From Dehalococcoidia bacterium (GTDB lineage: Bacteria > Chloroflexota > Dehalococcoidia > Bin125): a stretch of 64,000 bases of DNA. The stretch lies in NCBI GenBank assembly GCA_963662615.2, contig CAXXSR010000001.1, positions 1,760,001-1,824,000 of the forward strand, written 5' to 3'. The notes under the pieces are model-generated. The model did no database searches, was not told the DNA's origin, and saw nothing but the letters and a program-made list of their open reading frames with translations. The translations under genes were made by a program, and so were the position numbers. Shown one piece after another: positions 58,246 through 64,000 of this stretch; position 1 is the stretch's first letter; each line of letters opens with the position of its first letter.

Positions 58246-60586
58246 CAGTGGCGTCGCCGCCACAAGCGAAAGCCGCCGGCCGGCAGCATTACGGCCATCG
58301 CGGCGACGGCGGCCCACACCCAAGCCGGAGCGGACGAGGTGCCGCCAGCCGCCAGGCCGCCATTTCCAGCGGCGGGCAAGACGGCAGGCGATTGCATGAC
58401 CTTGAAGACGTTGTGGCTCTCATTCCCGGTCACGTAGACGATCCCGTCCGGTGTGACCGCGATTCCCCATGGCTTCTCTAGCGCGTGGATCCCGTCACCG
58501 CCGGCGTCCAGGATCTGCGTGATTGAGCCGTCCGGCGTGATGCGGAACACGTTCTCGCTCCCAGAAGCGAGCACGTAGACGTTGCCCGCGGCATCGACGG
58601 CGACGCCCACCGGCCCGTCAAGCGCGTGCCTCCCATCGCCCGCGGAATCAAGAATCTGAGTAACGCGGCCGCTCGGCTCGAGTTTGAATAGATTGTCGCT
58701 TCTAACTCCCGCGACGTAGACGTTCCCGTCCGGACCGGCCGCAACGTCCGCTGGCCCATCGAGCGCGTGCAACCCATCGCCAATAGCGTTGAGGACTTGA
58801 GCGATCGACCCGTCCGCGCTGATCCGAAATACGTTGTCCGTGCGGATCGCATTGACGTACACGTTGCCCGCCGCATCAATGGTGATCCCCGTCGGAATGT
58901 CCAGAGCGTTCACCCCGTCGCCATTCTTGTCGATGATCTGCGTCACGATTCCGCCTGGAGTGATCCGGAACACGTTGTCGCTAAGGATGCCCACGACATA
59001 TACGTTCTCAGCTCGGTCGATGCTGATCTCAGTGCCACCCATGAACCGACCCATTCCGCCGCCCGTTACGTCAAGGATCGGGGTCACGACGCCGTCCGGC
59101 GTCATCTTGTAGAGGAACTGGGTATTGGTCGGATCCTCGCCACGCGCTGTGACGTAGACCGCACCATCGCTACCGGTTGCCACGCTCTCTGCGATACTGA
59201 GCCCATGCACGCCGTCGCCGCTCGCATTCAGGATCTGCTTGATCGTGCCGTCCGGTGCGATCTGAAAGACGTTGTCGCTCTTTAGTCCAACGACATACAC
59301 GTTCCCGTCTCGATCAACAGCAATGCCCCGGGGGGAACGGAGGGCATGCGTGCCATCACCACTCGCATCGAGGATTTGTGTGACGGTATATCGCTCACCG
59401 CGGCCGTCCGCTTGATCTACCAGCCCAACGCTCTCCGTGGCAGGAGGCGCGGCAGGTGGCGGCCAAATCTGCGTGATCTCGCCGTCGGGCGTGATCTGGA
59501 AGAGGCTGATGCTGTCACTCCCGGTGACGTAGACCGTTCCGCCCTCAGTGACGGCGATCCCAGCGGGGGCTTCAAGCGCATGCACTCCGTCTCCAGCGGC
59601 GTCCATGATCTGCTCGACGCGATCTTCACCCCGCGTGATCTTGAAAACGTTGTTGCTCCCGTGCGCAGTCACATAGGCGTTGCCGGCCCCATCGATCGCG
59701 ATTCGGTGCGGATTCGTGGCAGGGTGCACACCGTCCCCGCTCCGATCGAGTAGGCGAACGAGAGCGCCCTCCGGCGAGATCCTCACGACTGAGTTTGAGC
59801 CCCCACAACGAACCCCACAACGTAGAGGAAGCCGGCAGAATCGATGACGATGGCACTCCGCGGCTTGAGGGAGAAGCGGGTGGGCTGCCCATCACCCACC
59901 ACGTGGGTGATCATGCCGGTGGGAGCGATCTGAAAGACATTGTTGCTACGCACCCCGATGGCGTAGACATTGCCAGACTCATCCACTGCGACGTCTGCAG
60001 GACCTTCGAGGGAGTGGGTGCCGTCGCCGTTGGCGTCGAGGATCTGTGTGATCGTGCCGTCAGGCGCGATCCGGAAGACGTTGTCGCTGGAATACCCTGT
60101 TACGTAGACATTTCCAACGGCGTCGACAGCCACGCCATCTGCTCCGTCAAACGGGTGAGTCCCATCCCCTCGCGCATCAAGGATCTGGGCGATGGCGCCG
60201 TCCGGCGTGATCCGGAAGACGTTGTCCGTTAGGCCGCCCGTCACGTACACGTTTCCGCGCCCATCGACGGCGACATCTCTCGGGAAATCAAACGGGTGGA
60301 CGCCATCTCCGTCGCGGTCGAGGAGGGTTGTCCGCGTGCCGTCCTGTGCGATCCGAATGACCCTGTAGCGATCCCACGCGACGTAGACGTTCCCGACCGT
60401 GTCCACGGCGACGCTCGTGGGCCCGATCCCGCCGCAACAGGGGCGTGCTGTGTGTTCGATGCCTCCCCGGGTGACAGCCTGCTCGGCGGCTGTGCCAGAC
60501 GGACTCGGCGTTGCCGCCAGGGCCGCCAGCGCCGTCCCGCACAGCAGCCCCAACACGATCGCTCGCCTCCGCATCGCATCGCGCAT
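58242..60586 (-). pseudogene. Secreted tandem (2 x 7 blade) NHL/SBBP-like beta-propeller with LPAAG-TM tail, split by a frameshift near 59800
   Basis: ORF 59783-60586 has the signal peptide and blades 1-5; ORF 58242-59786 continues from mid-blade 5; the alternative frame restores GSNSVVRISPEG. Confidence 0.82.
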
Positions 60587-60646
60587 GCTCGAGACCCCCT
60601 CTGCAGCCAGACGGTACAGGAGCCGTTCCGGTTCCCCCGAATTCTA
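60587..60646 (-). promoter_or_regulatory. -10 box TAGAAT plus 54-nt leader conserved with 24588-24647
   Basis: TAGAAT on the minus strand at 60646-60641, 54 nt before ATG 60586. Confidence 0.6.
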
Positions 60647-60803
60647 AACCCGCTCGCTTCCCGCTTGATTCGAACGTGGCGAGAGACCTTGGAGTTTCCG
60701 GATGGCGTGTCCGCACAGGCCGGGGGCTGCCATGCTGGAACCAACTCCGCAGACATCGCGTCTAGACAGGAGGAGCGAGGGGCGGGCCGCCACGCACGGG
60801 GGC

Positions 60804-60851
60804 GACAGGAACACCGACAGGAACCCTGACCGGAACCCTGACCGGAACTAA
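60804..60851 (+). repeat. Four tandem 12-bp repeats abutting the pbpC start
   Basis: GACAGGAACACC GACAGGAACCCT GACCGGAACCCT GACCGGAACTAA. Confidence 0.8.
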
Positions 60852-63232
60852 TGCCACCTTTCCGCCGGATCCCTCGCATCTTCGCCAAGCGATGGCCGCA
60901 GCTCCCTCGCCGCCCTCGACGGCGGACGCTGGTCCGACGCCTCGCCTGGTCCGCGATCGCCGGCCTGGGAGCGTTGATCGGGACCGTCCTCTTTGCCTTC
61001 TTCGCTCCGCTTGAGCCCCTTGAGGAGCGCGCCTTCGCTCCTGGACCCGTGCTCCTGGACGCCAACGGCGTCGTGATCCAGCGCGACCTCCAAGATGGAC
61101 TGCGCATTCCCGTCGCCCTCGATCAGATCGCGCCGGTGATGATCGAGGCGACCATCGCCGCCGAGGACCAGCGCTTCTGGCAGCACCCCGGCGTCGACCC
61201 GCTCGCCATGGGCCGCGCCGTCTTAAGCCTGCCCAATTCACGCTCCGGCGCTTCCACCATCACCCAGCAGCTCGCACGCAGACTCTACTTGGACGGCGCC
61301 TCGCTGCCCCTGCTGCTGCGGAAGGCGCGCGAGGCCGCCATCGCCTTCCAGCTGGAAGCGCGCTATTCCAAGCCAGACCTCCTCGCGGCCTACCTGAACG
61401 CCATCTACTACGGCCGCGGTGCCTACGGAATTGAGGCGGCGGCCAGAGTCTACTTCGGTGTCAGCGCGCGCAATCTGGACCTGGCCCAAGCGAGCTTCCT
61501 GGCGGGCTTGCCGCAACTGCCCTCGCTCTACGGCGACAGTGAAAACACGAGCCTCGCCTTGTCCCGCCAGCACTACGTCCTCGACCGTCTGCTGGCGACC
61601 GGGCGCATCTCGCTCCCTCAGAACGAAGAGGCGACCGCCATTCCCCTGGACTTCGCCCCCGCCGAGCCCGACCCATTCGGCCAGCACTTCGTCCAGTTCG
61701 TCTACCAGGAACTCGCCGACGTTCGCCCCGACTTGCTCTCCGCGCCTGGCGTCATCATTGAGACAACCCTCCAGGCTCCTCTCCAGCGGGAAGCGGAGCG
61801 CGTCACTCGCCTTCGCCTCGATGAGATTAAGGACAAGAACGCCGGCAACGCTGCCGTCGTCGTCTTGGAGCCGTCCAGCGGCCGCATTCTCACCATGGTG
61901 GGCAGCGGCGACTTCTTCCGCGAGCCCGACGGCCAGATCAACATGGCCTTGCGACCGCGGCAGCCGGGCTCCGCCCTCAAGCCCTTGCTCTACGTGGCGG
62001 CGTTTGAGCGTGGCTACACCGCCGCCACGCCCCTGCTCGACATTCCCACCACCTTTGACACCAGCACCGGCCCCTACGCCCCCTCCAACTACGACCGCAA
62101 GTTCCACGGCCCCGTCCCCTTGCGCACGGCCTTGGCGTCCTCCCTCAACGTCCCCGCCGTCCGCACTCTCGACGACATTGGCATCGACGCGTTCCTCAAC
62201 GTCGCGCATCGCGCCAGCCTCAACACCCTCCGCTCGACGGAAGCGTACGGACTTGCGCTCACGCTGGGCGTCGGCGAGGTCCGGCTGCTTGACCTCACCG
62301 CTGCCTACGGCGCTATCGGCAACGGGGGCCGGCTCGTCGTCCCCCACGCCATTGAACGCATTCGCGACAGACACGGAAATGTCATCTACGAGGTCGGCCC
62401 CACCAGTCCCACGCAGGTGATCAGCCCGCAGCACGCGTTCCTCATCACGGACATCCTCCGCGACCCCGACGCGCGCGTCCTCGGCTTTGGGCGTCAGTCC
62501 CCGCTGGAGACGTCGGTCGGGGCCGCCGTCAAGACCGGGACCAGCGACGCCGCCCGCGACAACTGGACCGTGGGCTTCACTCCGGATCGCGTCGTTGGCG
62601 TCTGGGTCGGCAACGCCGACGGCGCCCCCACCCACGGCCTCTCCGGCTCCCAGGGCGCCGCGCCCCTCTGGAGGGACGTCCTCAGCGCCGCGATTGCGGA
62701 TCTACCGGATCGCACGTTCCCCCCTCCGCAGGGTGTCGTCCAAGCGACCGTCTGCGCCCCCACGGGCCTCCTCCCCGGCCCCAACTGCACCAGCCCGGTC
62801 CAGGAGTGGTTCATTGCCGGCACCGTCCCCATCGACGTCGAGAGCTACTACGTCGGCGACCCCCAGCGCGGCGTCGCCATCAACCCGCCACTGGAGGCGC
62901 GGGCCTGGAGCATTGAGGCCGGGCTCGCCGTCGCCGCAACGGACCCCACCTCCGCGCAGCCGCGGGTGCATATCGTCCACCCGGCATCGGGCAGCGTTCT
63001 CTTTCTGGCCCCGGAGCTCGCCCAGCAGGAAGCGCTTCTGCGCGCCTCGGTTCCCGCCGGCACTCAAACGGTGGAGTTCCGCGTCGACGGGGCGTTGGTC
63101 GGCTCCGCCGCCGGAGATGACGCGGCGAGCATCTGGCCCCTGGAGGTAGGGACCCACACCCTGGAAGTCACCGCCGTCCTCGCCGACGGCACCACGGCCA
63201 TTGGTCGTTCGCACTACGAAGTGAGGGAATGA
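60851..63232 (+). CDS. pbpC: Class A penicillin-binding protein, PBP1C-like
   Basis: Transglycosylase motifs EDQRF, GASTITQQL, YLN and GIEAAA; transpeptidase motifs SALK, SLN and KTG; C-terminal Ig-like domain. Confidence 0.88.
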   Translation: MPPFRRIPRIFAKRWPQLPRRPRRRTLVRRLAWSAIAGLGALIGTVLFAFFAPLEPLEERAFAPGPVLLDANGVVIQRDLQDGLRIPVALDQIAPVMIEATIAAEDQRFWQHPGVDPLAMGRAVLSLPNSRSGASTITQQLARRLYLDGASLPLLLRKAREAAIAFQLEARYSKPDLLAAYLNAIYYGRGAYGIEAAARVYFGVSARNLDLAQASFLAGLPQLPSLYGDSENTSLALSRQHYVLDRLLATGRISLPQNEEATAIPLDFAPAEPDPFGQHFVQFVYQELADVRPDLLSAPGVIIETTLQAPLQREAERVTRLRLDEIKDKNAGNAAVVVLEPSSGRILTMVGSGDFFREPDGQINMALRPRQPGSALKPLLYVAAFERGYTAATPLLDIPTTFDTSTGPYAPSNYDRKFHGPVPLRTALASSLNVPAVRTLDDIGIDAFLNVAHRASLNTLRSTEAYGLALTLGVGEVRLLDLTAAYGAIGNGGRLVVPHAIERIRDRHGNVIYEVGPTSPTQVISPQHAFLITDILRDPDARVLGFGRQSPLETSVGAAVKTGTSDAARDNWTVGFTPDRVVGVWVGNADGAPTHGLSGSQGAAPLWRDVLSAAIADLPDRTFPPPQGVVQATVCAPTGLLPGPNCTSPVQEWFIAGTVPIDVESYYVGDPQRGVAINPPLEARAWSIEAGLAVAATDPTSAQPRVHIVHPASGSVLFLAPELAQQEALLRASVPAGTQTVEFRVDGALVGSAAGDDAASIWPLEVGTHTLEVTAVLADGTTAIGRSHYEVRE

Positions 63233-64000
63233 TGCTGCCCACCATCCGTCGCTATCTGCGAACCCGCATGCTCAAGCGCTGGGCATCGCGCCTGCGCAGT
63301 TCGCCACGGGGGCTGCCCTGTTCGCTACCACCCTCGGGGGCGCTGTCTCGACGCATTGCCACGCGCCCACGCGTATCGCTTCGCCTCCCCGCCACGGTCC
63401 GCACGCACCCAAGAATCTGGTCCACAGTGGCCGTCCTGGCGCTGATCGGCGCCTCGGTCGGGGGCTGGTTCGCCGCCAGCGGCGACGGCGAACCGCCCCT
63501 TGGCCTTGACACGGCAGTCTTGGAGGCGGAGGACACCGGCGACGAGCGGGAACGCGGCGAGCGCGACCGCGACGACGTTCGCGACCGAGCCCCTGATCAA
63601 GCACGCGGTCGGGCCCGCGATCAGGCGGCGCCGCCGTTCGTGACCCCCGATATCGAAGTGGCGCCCGCCGGCGCCGAGGTCGCGCGGCTGAGCCCCATCA
63701 CCATCACCTTCAAGGAGCCGCCGCCGCAGCGCGATGCAAGCAAGCTCTTCACCGTCGAACCGCCGCTGGAGGGATCGTTCGCCTGGCTCACGGACCGACA
63801 AGCGCTGCTCCAACCGATCTTCCCCGGTCTCACTCGCGGCCTGCGATACGTCGTGCGGGTGCCGGCGGCGGCGAGCGGCCTCGACCGCGACGTCGAGCAT
63901 GCCTTCACGGTGGAAGGACGCCTGATCGTCCAGACCGTCATCCCCGCCGACGGTGACGTCAACGTTCCCGCCGAGACGCAGATCCTGGTCCAGTTCAGCC
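63229..64000 (+). CDS. Ig-like (Big_5) domain membrane-anchored protein, probable bacterial alpha-2-macroglobulin; 5' part only
   Basis: ATGA overlap with pbpC; manual translation shows TM segment IWSTVAVLALIGASVGGWF, then PITITF...VEPPLEGSFAW and VIPADGDVNVPAETQILVQFS; open to the window end. Confidence 0.7.
   Translation, partial: MMLPTIRRYLRTRMLKRWASRLRSSPRGLPCSLPPSGALSRRIATRPRVSLRLPATVRTHPRIWSTVAVLALIGASVGGWFAASGDGEPPLGLDTAVLEAEDTGDERERGERDRDDVRDRAPDQARGRARDQAAPPFVTPDIEVAPAGAEVARLSPITITFKEPPPQRDASKLFTVEPPLEGSFAWLTDRQALLQPIFPGLTRGLRYVVRVPAAASGLDRDVEHAFTVEGRLIVQTVIPADGDVNVPAETQILVQFS

Noticed and set aside
58400-60450. 141-bp periodic DNA repeats as a possible CRISPR or DGR array
   Set aside because: The repeats are degenerate coding blades with synonymous variation; no spacers, cas genes or reverse transcriptase.

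Overview
High-GC bacterial chromosomal window of about 55 genes. It most resembles Chloroflexota (Dehalococcoidia-like); this is inferred from gene content and the AACGDD-type lipoprotein signals. No rRNA, tRNA, CRISPR array, integrase or transposase was seen. Most genes are transporters (metal ABC system, TPP-riboswitch-controlled ThiXYZ-type ABC system, CtpE-like P-type ATPase, two MFS) or paralogous catabolic enzymes (LLM, FMO, PhyH, SDRs, MDRs, amidohydrolases, CoA-transferase, F420-dependent reductase, Mcl-type lyase). Four things stand out. (1) Two paralogous secreted beta-propeller genes built from 47-aa DxxGDGxH blades: both end in an LPxTG-like sorting tail, share a promoter and 5' leader, and are frameshifted at a homopolymer run; one is divergent from pbpC and a probable alpha-2-macroglobulin gene. 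(2) A circularly permuted CcdA. (3) A ~50-bp direct repeat that supplies the stop codons of two consecutive genes. (4) Several gene remnants and unannotated small ORFs. All family assignments come from motif recognition by eye; no searches were run.
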